Shown: positions 7,239-16,920 of the stretch, piece after piece
Layout of the letters: every line of letters begins with the position of its first letter
How positions within the stretch are numbered: position 1 is the stretch's first letter
DNA from: a virus
Lineage: Duplodnaviria > Caudoviricetes
Virus record (IMG/VR): IMGVR_UViG_3300031519_000063
Span: 1-40,699 of that record
DNA: 40,699 nucleotides
Reading direction: 5' to 3' (one strand)
Position numbers and translations under genes: made by a program
The notes under the pieces: generated by a model
Seen by the model: only the letters and a program-made list of their open reading frames with translations
Told to the model about the DNA's origin: nothing
The model's database searches: none

Positions 7239-10079
7239 ATGGAAACAAAGGAATTTCTAGAGAGGGCATTAGGAGAAGATGGTTATTATTGTATATTCGC
7301 ATCACATGCTACAGACGGTAAACGTATACAAAAGTTCTTTGACTCTATAGATGTCCTATTAACCACAGCAGAACAATTAGATAGTGAAGGGTATGACACG
7401 TATTTCGCGTTAGCTACATTTAAGGATACGAGTTCCCGTAAAGCCACAAATGTTGATACGCTAAAGTCCTTCTTTCTTGATATAGATTGTGGGCCTAACA
7501 AAGATTACCCTGACCAAATGGCGGCTATATCCGCACTACAAGGTTTCTGTAAGAAAACGGAATTACCTCCCCCGACGCTTATTAGTTCCGGTGGGGGGCT
7601 ACATGTGTACTGGTTCTTAGCTGAACCTGTCAGCACAGAACTGTGGATACCTATGGCGGAGCAGCTAAAGGCTACGTGCGTTAAGCATAACCTATTAGCA
7701 GACCCCGCAGTTACAGCAGATTCGGCGCGAGTACTAAGGATACCCACAACACATAACTATAAGAATGATCCACCATCTGCGGTATCCTATATAAGTAGAT
7801 CATTTACTACACCTAATGAGTTCGATGTTATCGCAGAATACATGGGCGATGCGCCGATACCAGTGCCTACGAAACATATACCCTCCGGTAGTAACGCCGT
7901 CATGGATAGGTTGATAGGTAATCGGGTAAATACGTTCAAGGATATAGTATTAAAGACAATGGACGGGGTCGGCTGTGAGCAATTAGGTAATATATTATAT
8001 AGTCAGGAAGATATAAGTGAGCCGTTATGGCGTGCAGGATTATCTATAGCTAAGTTTTGTGAGGACTATGAAAACGCTGCGCGAAAGATGTCCGAAAAAC
8101 ATCCTGATTTTAATCTACGCGATACTATGGATAAGCTGGACCGTATAAAAGGTCCATATCTCTGCGCCAGATTTGATGAGCATAGTCCTAATATATGCAC
8201 CGAGTGTTCCCACTGGGGTAAAATAAAATCCCCGATAAGTCTGGGTAGTAAGATACGTGAAGCTACCGAAGAAGATAACATAATAGAAGACCCAACTTCA
8301 GAAGTAGACTTTTTATCTGAAGAACCCGTTAATACCTATAAAGTACCATCATACCCAGACCCCTACTTTAGGGGGGCCAATGGTGGGATATATATGCGGG
8401 TGGTAACTAAAGACGGAGACCCTATAGAAAAACAGATATACCATAACGACTTATATGTAGTGCGACGTATATGGGATGATGAGGTTGGCGAGTCAATAAT
8501 GATGCGGCTACATCTACCCCAAGATGCTGTAAGAGAATTTACGATCTCCCTCGCTATAGTAAACTCACGGGATAAGTTTCGCGATGAAATGTCTAGGTGG
8601 GGGATATCGGTGATGAAACCGGTAAAGATAGAGGATATTATGGACTACACAAATTCATGGGTAAACAGTATGCAGAGTAGCGGGGGTGCGGAAGCCGCGC
8701 ATAAACAGTTTGGATGGACTGACAAGGATTGCACGTCATTCATACTAGGGAATAAAGAGGTATTCCATGACCGCACAGATTATAACCCCCCATCTTCACA
8801 ACTTGTATCTCTGTTCCCCGCCTTTGAGCCTAGAGGCACCTTGGAGAAATGGAAGGAAACTGTGAATTTCTATAATCGTGAAGGTTTTGAGATACATCAG
8901 TTTGTTGTAGGAACCGCTTTCGGCTCTGCACTTATGGGGCTTTCACCAATAAATTGCGCTGCATTACACCTGCATAGTAAAGAGTCGGGGGTTGGTAAAA
9001 CAACAGCTATGGCTGCGGCGGCTACGGTGTGGGGTGATCCAGAAGACCTTCTTTTGGTCCAGAAAGATACATATAATACTAAAATGCACAGGGGGGAGAT
9101 ATACCATAACTTACCCCTGTACATAGATGAGTTAACCGAGGCTAAACCTACCGAATTGAGTAATTTAGCATACCAGTTAACAGGAGGTAAGCAGCGGAAC
9201 CGTTTGGCAAGTGGGGGTAACGTAGAGCGTTATCGTGGCGCACCTTGGAGAATGCTAGCGGTAACCACTGGTAATACTAGCGTCATAGAACGAATTAGTA
9301 TGACAAAGTCCATGCCTAAACCAGAAGCGATGCGTATCTTGGAAGTTAAAGTAGATCGTATGTTTAAAAAGTCCGAGGATAAACAGGCGCAAGATACCTT
9401 TACCGAGGATATAAAGAATAACTACGGTCATGCTGGTGAGGTGTATATACAGTACATACTAAGTAATATGGATATGGTTAAGAAGTTAATTGACGATATA
9501 CGTATCAGGGTGGATGCAGAGAGTGGTTTAACTTCCGAGAATAGGTTCTGGTCAGCATTTGCTACTAATACGCTAGCGGGTGTTATCCTCGCCCAGAAAG
9601 CGGGGCTTCTGGATTATGATGTAAAAGCACTATTCAAGTGGACTATAGCCATGCTGAGAAAGAGCAAAGGCTATGTAGATGATATGAGTTCTTCTGCCGA
9701 AGAGACACTTAACGATTACATCCATGAGCACTGGAGTAATGTGTTATGGATTAAAAGCACGGATGATCTACGCAGAACCGATGACTCCGGTTTAGACTCA
9801 CTCATAGTCCCCGAAGCACTGCCTAGAGGGCAGCTTGTAGCCAGATATGAAACAGATTTAAAGAAGGCTTACCTAATACCGAAACCTCTACGTATCTGGT
9901 GTGGTGAACAGCAGATAAATTACGCTAGCTTTGTAGAAGACCTTATGGCTAACATGGGGGCTAAGAAGGTGACGATGCGTCTGAGTAAGGGTACGCATAT
10001 GCAGCTACCGCCAACCGTTGTTATTGTTGTTGATTGCCATGTGGAGGATAGCGATGCAAAGGGGAGTTCTGAAGATTGA
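7239..10079 (+). CDS. Primase-helicase: AEP/RepB-like primase, Cys-rich domain and DUF927-type P-loop helicase
   Basis: AEP motifs FFLDIDCG, SSGGGLHVYW and ARVLRIPTTHN; Cys cluster FC...YLC...ICTECSH; Walker A SKESGVGKTT; Walker B LYIDE; QRNRL arginine finger. Confidence 0.88.
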   Translation: METKEFLERALGEDGYYCIFASHATDGKRIQKFFDSIDVLLTTAEQLDSEGYDTYFALATFKDTSSRKATNVDTLKSFFLDIDCGPNKDYPDQMAAISALQGFCKKTELPPPTLISSGGGLHVYWFLAEPVSTELWIPMAEQLKATCVKHNLLADPAVTADSARVLRIPTTHNYKNDPPSAVSYISRSFTTPNEFDVIAEYMGDAPIPVPTKHIPSGSNAVMDRLIGNRVNTFKDIVLKTMDGVGCEQLGNILYSQEDISEPLWRAGLSIAKFCEDYENAARKMSEKHPDFNLRDTMDKLDRIKGPYLCARFDEHSPNICTECSHWGKIKSPISLGSKIREATEEDNIIEDPTSEVDFLSEEPVNTYKVPSYPDPYFRGANGGIYMRVVTKDGDPIEKQIYHNDLYVVRRIWDDEVGESIMMRLHLPQDAVREFTISLAIVNSRDKFRDEMSRWGISVMKPVKIEDIMDYTNSWVNSMQSSGGAEAAHKQFGWTDKDCTSFILGNKEVFHDRTDYNPPSSQLVSLFPAFEPRGTLEKWKETVNFYNREGFEIHQFVVGTAFGSALMGLSPINCAALHLHSKESGVGKTTAMAAAATVWGDPEDLLLVQKDTYNTKMHRGEIYHNLPLYIDELTEAKPTELSNLAYQLTGGKQRNRLASGGNVERYRGAPWRMLAVTTGNTSVIERISMTKSMPKPEAMRILEVKVDRMFKKSEDKQAQDTFTEDIKNNYGHAGEVYIQYILSNMDMVKKLIDDIRIRVDAESGLTSENRFWSAFATNTLAGVILAQKAGLLDYDVKALFKWTIAMLRKSKGYVDDMSSSAEETLNDYIHEHWSNVLWIKSTDDLRRTDDSGLDSLIVPEALPRGQLVARYETDLKKAYLIPKPLRIWCGEQQINYASFVEDLMANMGAKKVTMRLSKGTHMQLPPTVVIVVDCHVEDSDAKGSSED

Positions 10080-10281
10080 TGATCTAGACCCAGATGGGGT
10101 TAAGATTATAGTTAATTGGGATGATATGGTTACAGGAGCATCTGTATTTATCCCCTGCATCAACACCGAAAAAGCCATGAACCAAGCGGCTAAGATACTA
10201 CTTGATAAAGGCTATAAGACAGAAGCACGGGTTGTTGTGGAGAATAGTATTTTAGGGGTTCGCATCTGGAGAATGGTATGA
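10054..10281 (+). CDS. Small hypothetical protein, possibly DNA-binding (GVRIWR C-terminus)
   Basis: GGAGG SD at 10043-10047 supports ATG 10054 rather than 10018; WDDMVTGASVFIPC...GVRIWR pattern. Confidence 0.65.
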   Translation: MQRGVLKIDDLDPDGVKIIVNWDDMVTGASVFIPCINTEKAMNQAAKILLDKGYKTEARVVVENSILGVRIWRMV

Positions 10282-10333
10282 TATAGATGTTATTGATAGT
10301 GTGATGAACTATCTGTTCTCCTTTGTTTCCCTT

Positions 10334-10366
10334 ACCCCCCACCGTGAAAGCAGTGGGGGGTTTTTT
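10334..10366 (+). terminator. Rho-independent terminator at the convergence of the two arms
   Basis: ACCCCCCAC/GTGGGGGGT stem, GAAA-containing loop, followed by TTTTTT. Confidence 0.85.
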
Positions 10367-10374
10367 ATGTTAGT

Positions 10375-13300
10375 CTAGAAGTCCAACAGCTTTACGAGGT
10401 TGTAGTCGTTAGACCCCCAGTAATCGTTACTATGCGATAACAAATCGGCCCTTAGACTTGGGTTTACAGTTACGCCGTTGTGCATTAACGCAGCAGTCTT
10501 ATATCTCATATTCATAGATTTAATTATAGTTTTCCCTGATATAACCCAGTTTGGATGTTTATCGTTGTATTCTATAACATCTTTTATGGCGTCGTTAACG
10601 TCTTCCCCACTACCCATCGCTATAGACATATATAACTCATCCAACGCCTTCTTACGTCTAAGAACCGTACCCCGTTCTACTTCTTTTATGCTGCGGTTTA
10701 TATCCATAGCTAATGTGTAACCTGTAGGGGCAAAACCAAATAACTGGAACAGTAATTCACCCGTAGTAACATCATCGTATATGGGATTACCTTTTCGGGT
10801 ATTAATACCACCCTCATCAAGACCCGAATATCTAACCGTTTTAGCCACATTACGGAAGGCTGCAGGCAGCGTATTCTCTATCCCACGCTGTAACTCACCA
10901 TCCATCATATCCCCTATACCTCGTATAATCTGGGTGCCTACACTCCAAGCGGGACCACCCACAGCTTGCATGGCAATTTCTTCTGGTGATTGGTTCTGGG
11001 CATAGGGGTTTAACCTAAACAGTAAGTTACCCATCCCAATACGGTTAGCAACATCCACACCAGTTAATGCGTTGATACCACCTTTATACCATCCCTCACC
11101 TATATACTGGCGTAAGATTGTTTCGGCATCCTCTTCATCATCGTCACGCGTAAGGTTCCACGCGAGCATAAGCGCCCCGATCATGGGTATCCCCTGTACA
11201 CCGGACATTGCAACAGACGCAAATACTATACCTGCAAGTTGTTTCTGAGCCTCTCGCTTAACATCGGGATCTGCGTCCGAGAAAGCTATCTTACCCGTTT
11301 TTAATATCGTGTAGTACATCTGTAGACCAAAAGTCTTATACATCATGGCTACACGCCCAATATGAGTTTGAGCTACACGGGGGGCTGTGGCTAAGAATGC
11401 ACCACCATTCATTTCTTGGGATTTATATAGTGCCTCTTCTGCAGCAGCGGCGCGCATCTGGTCGTCGGACATACCACGTTCTGCATCGGTGGTTTTCTTT
11501 GGGTCTTTACCCCTTAGACGTTGTAGGTCTAGTTGGTACACCGTAGTCATGGCAACCTGCCGATTGAAACGCTCTACTTGGTGGAACATAAAGGCTGAAT
11601 AAGCGTTAGTCTTATCCCATACATCTTTAGCCCGTCCAGACATCTCAACGCCTAGAGTATCATAGAATAACGAACGGTTTAGCTGCCCCTGATTATTCGC
11701 TAGTTCTACAAGAACCTGTAAGTCCTTTAGTTCTTTAAGCTGATCTTCATCTAAACCTTTCTTTTTGTTAGCTCGTATACTCAAGTTCCCATTAGCATCT
11801 TCTTGGAAGTAGTTATCTATAGAGTATGACCCCCGTGCTTTTACGGCGCTATCACCTACCAGATTAGTTAGCATACGCGTAGTTCCGCTGCCCTTAATAA
11901 GCCCCATAGAACGGCCCATAGCTTTAGTGGCGGGGCCTATACCATATTTTCCTATCAATATGGGGTACATCATCAAGGGTATTTGCGTAGCGTTAACAAT
12001 TGCAGAAGATGCGTTGAAACCAATAGTACCTATGAATGCTACCCTGTTAGCCTGTGCAGCTAACTTGTTTGCCATATCATTCGGTGGGTTTTTAGCGAAC
12101 TTTGCACGCGCCCTTAACTCTTCAGTGAATATCTGTGCAGAAGTTTGATCCTCTGGTTTATTCTCTTGTAGGGCTTTAAACTCTCCTTCTATCTCCAACA
12201 TAACAGCATCTATTCTGCTGGAGTGATCCATACGGGCTATCTGTGCACCCATGTCATAAGCTCTTTGACGGAATGCTTGTTCAGCGTCTTCGACAAACCC
12301 AAGCTCGCCCGCGCCTTTATTACCCCTACGTATAAGTTGTTTGGCAAAAGAAGATTCCGGCATAGTGTGCAGGAATATCTGCAGGAACTCTGCTTCGACT
12401 TCTTTACTTACATTGGCGTCGTTTAACAGTTTAAGCGTCTGCCCAACAAAGGAGGTACTTGCAGTATGATCTCTGGCCTTATCTACCATTTCATTTCGGC
12501 TGGAGTACTGCTCTATTTTTGTAACCCCTTCTGCTTTTAAATTCCTAACAAATTTGTTGCGTTGGCTAGGTCGTTTAAACGCCATGTATACTGTCTCTGG
12601 ACCCGCAGGAAACTTGACCCAGAACTCACCCTCGCGTGTTAAGGGGAAGTAAGGCTCAATGCGGTTCTGAGCAAATATCTTATCAAATATACTACTTCGT
12701 AACTGCTCCTTCGCCTCTTTCTTTAGGGGGTTACCCTTCGCATCCTTCATATTATCTATGCGTCGGTTAAGAACCTCTTCCAACTGCTTTATTTGTTTCG
12801 CATATACGTTACGTAGTTCTGTGTATATTTCTTTACCACCCTTACCTACAGCCTTTACGTCCTTCCTCATATCCTCCCATACTTTTGCCTTCTCTTTATC
12901 ACCTTTGTACTTACTGCTCTCCGCATACGGGTCTACTTGGCTTCTCGTACTCGTATACACGAGATTGTTGAATGCTTTCTTAACGGGGTCCGATTTTCCT
13001 TTGAGCCAATTAGTCATATTGGTTGATGTAGCGTCTAATGCTGTATCAGATTTGCCCTGTGCGCCCACCATATTCCTTATGGCTATCTCCAACTTGTAGG
13101 CTGCATTTATACCATACCGTTGAGCCATATCCCCCAAGGCCTGCAGGGGGGCTATATAAGCTACAAGTTTTTTACTCTTGGCATCCACACCAGCGTTTTC
13201 ATAGAGGTCACCCACACTTTGTAAGAATGCTTTTTTCTTAGCCATATTGGGTTTACCGATACCTTTAGCGAACTCTCCCATACGATCAATTACAGAAGCT

Positions 13301-16300
13301 GTGTCTACGGTCATTGCACCCGGATTCCGGTATTGAGGTGCAGGGGCTAGGATAGCGTTAACAAGTTTATCAGTCTTATCTAATACCGAATCCGGTTTAA
13401 ACGCCTTCGTGGGTAAACGCAGAATATTACTACGTATAAAGTTCATTATGATATTAGCAAATCTCTGGAGTGCAGTTACAATACCGCCCTTGGGGTTTAT
13501 ACCTCCCAGCAGTCTCTGAAACTCGTGATTACCAAAGGTTTCGGCTACAAACTCATCTAGATTGCGTGAGCCGTATACGTCCCCGATAGAGTCTTGGATT
13601 TCATCAAAGAGTTTCTGTAGCTTCTTAGTGGTATTGTGTGACTTGTTTGCCAGTGTAGCAGAAGTCAGCGCGTGCGTAGTTTCATGTAGTACGGTGTGTA
13701 TGTTGAAACCAGTTGCAGGGTTAATCTGTATCGTATTGGTTGTAGGGACAAACCGCCCAGCCATAGGCACGCCGACCTCATCCACTAGGTTCTCGACTAT
13801 CTCTACCTTGGTATCACCTAACTTATTACCTAGACGCCTAGCAACATTAGCTAACTGTTTGTTGGCTGTAGTAGCTGCAATTATACGCAGCGCACCTTTA
13901 ATATCCCCTTGCCTCAACGCCGCACCCATCATCGGGTGGGCTTCTACATCAACAGCGGCTACTGCATCGGCAGCTAAGTAGTTAGTAGTTTCTGGTGTGG
14001 TCTTTGTAGCTTGAAGTACTTTTTCTACACTCGGACGCCCCACGATATCGGCATTATATGCTATAGCCCAATTATACGCCCCATCGGATAAATTACTTTT
14101 TACCCAGCTTAATGCTCTTCCAGCCGATTCTGAATTGAGACCTTGGAAGTATCCCCTTTCTATATCAGTCATACCACCTAAGTTGGTCTTTTTACCTCCA
14201 GTTAAGGCGTAAGCTATCTCCACTAGACCGTTTACAGGGTCAGGGCTTCTACTGAAGAACAGCTTAGGATCGCCTTTAGCACCTTCTAGTAGACCTCTTA
14301 CCTTCTGTATATCTTCTTCAGTCAGTGGGTCTGGGTTCCTTTGTAGTGCGGCACCTAGCCGGGCGTGCATGTAACTTCTAACGCCAGCTAACTCAACGAA
14401 GACTTTAAGGTTACTAGAAGCCGTATCCCCCCATGCCTCTGTAAACGCCTTTAGTGCTTCATTCTGCCCCTTCGTACGTCCTTTTTTAGTGGTTTCCTGT
14501 TCGAGACTTTCTTCGGTAACAGGAACAAATGGTCCACTTAGGTGTTTAGCTAAGTTCTTAGCCCCTACCCCCGACGCATTTATTGGTAGTATGGCTCCTT
14601 CTATGAAGGGAACAGCTAGGTTCTCACGGACTTCTTGGGTAGCTTCCACACCTTTAGGCTGGACTACTATAGTAGAACCCTGTGCCTCTCGTGCGGCTGC
14701 TTGTTCCTTTGTATCTGTTTGTTGGGGACTTGGTTTTTTTGGTGGCTTAAATATGGCTTTTACTTTAGAAGCAGCGGGCCTTTTTGTTTCCGCTTTAGTT
14801 GTTTTTGGTTCTGATTCTACGTCTTCTTCTACGGAAGCAGCGGGTCCTTGTGCAGTGGTAGGGGTATCATCAAAGTTTAATCCCAATTGTGTACCTATAA
14901 CAGCAAGTTCTGCATTACTATCTTCAGTACCCGTGGTGCCTCGCGCCGCTGCAGGTATTCTCGCTTCTGCTTTGGCAACCGCTGCTTCTAATGGACTTGC
15001 TGATCCTCCTTTTCTAGCATCATCTGGTGTAGCATCAGGTTTAGTGTCCACCACTGCTGTGGTAATACCGTCCTCAAGGGTTTGGGGAGTTGTGCGTATA
15101 TTACCGTCGGTTCCTCCCATAGGACCCTCAGCGCCTGTTCCAGCTGCTGAACCGTCAGATTCTGTAACCAGAGGTACTCTGCCCCTAGTAGTTCCTCCAG
15201 ATGTTCCTGTTCCATCCTTCCTCCTATCCCTAAATCTTTCAGCATAGGACTTCCCCATACCTGGAAGAGATGCTTGCGTACGTATAAATTCTGGTGATGC
15301 CTCTGCATCTACTTCTGGTGATGCCGCTACTTCCGGCGCTACTTCTGGTGTAGCCGCAGCTTCTGGTGCAGCCGCAGCTTCTTGTAATGCTTGCCCAAGA
15401 GCCGTATCTGGAGCCTCTTGCTCTCCTACTTTTTGACGTAGATCTCCCGCAGCTATGGGAGTCATCTCTGCTTCGTTGAGCCTTGCAGTTTCCGCGACTT
15501 GCTGCCTTTTTTGCTCTTCTGCCCCCGCAAACCTTGGATCATCAACGGGTATAGCGTTTTTACGTGCTTCTGCATCACGGAAAAGTAGAGCGTTACGTTC
15601 TTCTAATGTTTTTATACGCGACATAACATCAAAAGGAGCACCAGTTTCAAATTCTGATACAACATTATTCTTTAGCTTGGTAATCTCTTCAGTATTACTT
15701 ACGATCTCTGACCGCAGCGCATCTTCCCTGTCCGGGGCTTCAGGAACGACAACTCCAGTTTTATCATCAACAAGAATAGCCCCAGTTTCAGGGTCAGTAG
15801 GTGCGGTAGGGGGGGATAATAGACCTGCTATACCTTCAGGTTCGGGAGAAGTGGGTGGAGCAGATAATGCTAATTGCTCTACTGTTTCATCTTGCCTACG
15901 AATAGCCCCGGATTCATCAAATACACTAGGGGGCGGCAGCAATCCCGCTATACCGTCTGGTGCAGGTAACGCTAACTGTTCTTCGGCAGGGGCTGAAGGG
16001 GCCGAAGGGCCACGGCGACCACCAACAACAAGATCAATCAAGCCTTGAGCAATAGTACCTACACTACCGCCAAGCAGACCCTCTTCAAGAGTCCCACCGA
16101 AAGTAGCGGCATCAGGGTTATACCCCTGCTCAATAAGGTTCTGAGCTATATTCTGTGCAGCTTCCTGTCCACCTTCGATGCCACCAGATATGAGTGCTCG
16201 CTGTACGCGATCTCTAGCCCCTTCAACAACTTCTGGGCCAAGTTTATTGAGCATATCCCCGATAATCGGTACATCACCGATATCAATACCAGCAAGTTTA

Positions 16301-16917
16301 GCAAGCCTACCAGCGGGAATTACATCGAAGGCACCGGGGATAACACCCTTTAACGCAGCGGTACCTCTATCTTCTACAGAAGCACCTGCGGTTCGCGCAC
16401 GTTCACTAGCCTCACCAGCCCCTGCAGCCACACTAATTCCGGCTATAGCAGGTAGAGCAGCAGGCCCTAAAAAGGCGGCGGGGAGTAAGGCACCAAGAGA
16501 GCCTAAACCTTTACCGACTTGGACAACCACATTATCAGGATTACTAATTTCAGGACGTACAAAATCAGCTATAGACTTAACTACATCTCTTGCGGAAGTT
16601 TCGGCCCCCTCTCCTAGAGGAGCTATAGCACCTAGGGCAGCAGATTCAAGCAGGTCAACAGCACCAGCAACAGGAGACTGTAGTATATCCCCGAATAAGG
16701 AACCCTCTTCTGCCTCTGCGGCTTCCTTGGCTGCGGCGGCTTGGGCTTCTTTTAGTTCTTTATCAAGCTGGGCGGTATACTCTTCTTGGGCTGTATCTCC
16801 TCGACCTATATTCTCATAGGCTTCTATTCGAGCAAGTAATTCTTCTCTGGATGTACCCGCAACGGCATCTACTTCATAAGTGGCACCGTCACTAGCGGTG
16901 ACTTGGAAAATAGGCAT
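10375..16917 (-). CDS. Large internal virion/ejection protein of polyvalent-protein type (zincin-like metallopeptidase and PLxRFG-like domains)
   Basis: 2180 aa; last gene of the structural arm; VLHETTHAL plus downstream DEFVAE; YFPLTREGEFWV; Gly/Ala-rich hydrophobic N-terminal region and Pro/Glu-rich linker. Confidence 0.75.
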   Translation of the reverse strand: MPIFQVTASDGATYEVDAVAGTSREELLARIEAYENIGRGDTAQEEYTAQLDKELKEAQAAAAKEAAEAEEGSLFGDILQSPVAGAVDLLESAALGAIAPLGEGAETSARDVVKSIADFVRPEISNPDNVVVQVGKGLGSLGALLPAAFLGPAALPAIAGISVAAGAGEASERARTAGASVEDRGTAALKGVIPGAFDVIPAGRLAKLAGIDIGDVPIIGDMLNKLGPEVVEGARDRVQRALISGGIEGGQEAAQNIAQNLIEQGYNPDAATFGGTLEEGLLGGSVGTIAQGLIDLVVGGRRGPSAPSAPAEEQLALPAPDGIAGLLPPPSVFDESGAIRRQDETVEQLALSAPPTSPEPEGIAGLLSPPTAPTDPETGAILVDDKTGVVVPEAPDREDALRSEIVSNTEEITKLKNNVVSEFETGAPFDVMSRIKTLEERNALLFRDAEARKNAIPVDDPRFAGAEEQKRQQVAETARLNEAEMTPIAAGDLRQKVGEQEAPDTALGQALQEAAAAPEAAATPEVAPEVAASPEVDAEASPEFIRTQASLPGMGKSYAERFRDRRKDGTGTSGGTTRGRVPLVTESDGSAAGTGAEGPMGGTDGNIRTTPQTLEDGITTAVVDTKPDATPDDARKGGSASPLEAAVAKAEARIPAAARGTTGTEDSNAELAVIGTQLGLNFDDTPTTAQGPAASVEEDVESEPKTTKAETKRPAASKVKAIFKPPKKPSPQQTDTKEQAAAREAQGSTIVVQPKGVEATQEVRENLAVPFIEGAILPINASGVGAKNLAKHLSGPFVPVTEESLEQETTKKGRTKGQNEALKAFTEAWGDTASSNLKVFVELAGVRSYMHARLGAALQRNPDPLTEEDIQKVRGLLEGAKGDPKLFFSRSPDPVNGLVEIAYALTGGKKTNLGGMTDIERGYFQGLNSESAGRALSWVKSNLSDGAYNWAIAYNADIVGRPSVEKVLQATKTTPETTNYLAADAVAAVDVEAHPMMGAALRQGDIKGALRIIAATTANKQLANVARRLGNKLGDTKVEIVENLVDEVGVPMAGRFVPTTNTIQINPATGFNIHTVLHETTHALTSATLANKSHNTTKKLQKLFDEIQDSIGDVYGSRNLDEFVAETFGNHEFQRLLGGINPKGGIVTALQRFANIIMNFIRSNILRLPTKAFKPDSVLDKTDKLVNAILAPAPQYRNPGAMTVDTASVIDRMGEFAKGIGKPNMAKKKAFLQSVGDLYENAGVDAKSKKLVAYIAPLQALGDMAQRYGINAAYKLEIAIRNMVGAQGKSDTALDATSTNMTNWLKGKSDPVKKAFNNLVYTSTRSQVDPYAESSKYKGDKEKAKVWEDMRKDVKAVGKGGKEIYTELRNVYAKQIKQLEEVLNRRIDNMKDAKGNPLKKEAKEQLRSSIFDKIFAQNRIEPYFPLTREGEFWVKFPAGPETVYMAFKRPSQRNKFVRNLKAEGVTKIEQYSSRNEMVDKARDHTASTSFVGQTLKLLNDANVSKEVEAEFLQIFLHTMPESSFAKQLIRRGNKGAGELGFVEDAEQAFRQRAYDMGAQIARMDHSSRIDAVMLEIEGEFKALQENKPEDQTSAQIFTEELRARAKFAKNPPNDMANKLAAQANRVAFIGTIGFNASSAIVNATQIPLMMYPILIGKYGIGPATKAMGRSMGLIKGSGTTRMLTNLVGDSAVKARGSYSIDNYFQEDANGNLSIRANKKKGLDEDQLKELKDLQVLVELANNQGQLNRSLFYDTLGVEMSGRAKDVWDKTNAYSAFMFHQVERFNRQVAMTTVYQLDLQRLRGKDPKKTTDAERGMSDDQMRAAAAEEALYKSQEMNGGAFLATAPRVAQTHIGRVAMMYKTFGLQMYYTILKTGKIAFSDADPDVKREAQKQLAGIVFASVAMSGVQGIPMIGALMLAWNLTRDDDEEDAETILRQYIGEGWYKGGINALTGVDVANRIGMGNLLFRLNPYAQNQSPEEIAMQAVGGPAWSVGTQIIRGIGDMMDGELQRGIENTLPAAFRNVAKTVRYSGLDEGGINTRKGNPIYDDVTTGELLFQLFGFAPTGYTLAMDINRSIKEVERGTVLRRKKALDELYMSIAMGSGEDVNDAIKDVIEYNDKHPNWVISGKTIIKSMNMRYKTAALMHNGVTVNPSLRADLLSHSNDYWGSNDYNLVKLLDF

Positions 16918-16920
16918 ATA

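Noticed and set aside
520-9124. Short alternative-frame and - strand ORFs inside the replication genes (e.g. 818-1240, 1951-2499, 4422-4997)
   Set aside because: They are fully overlapped by well-supported genes and have no independent signals.
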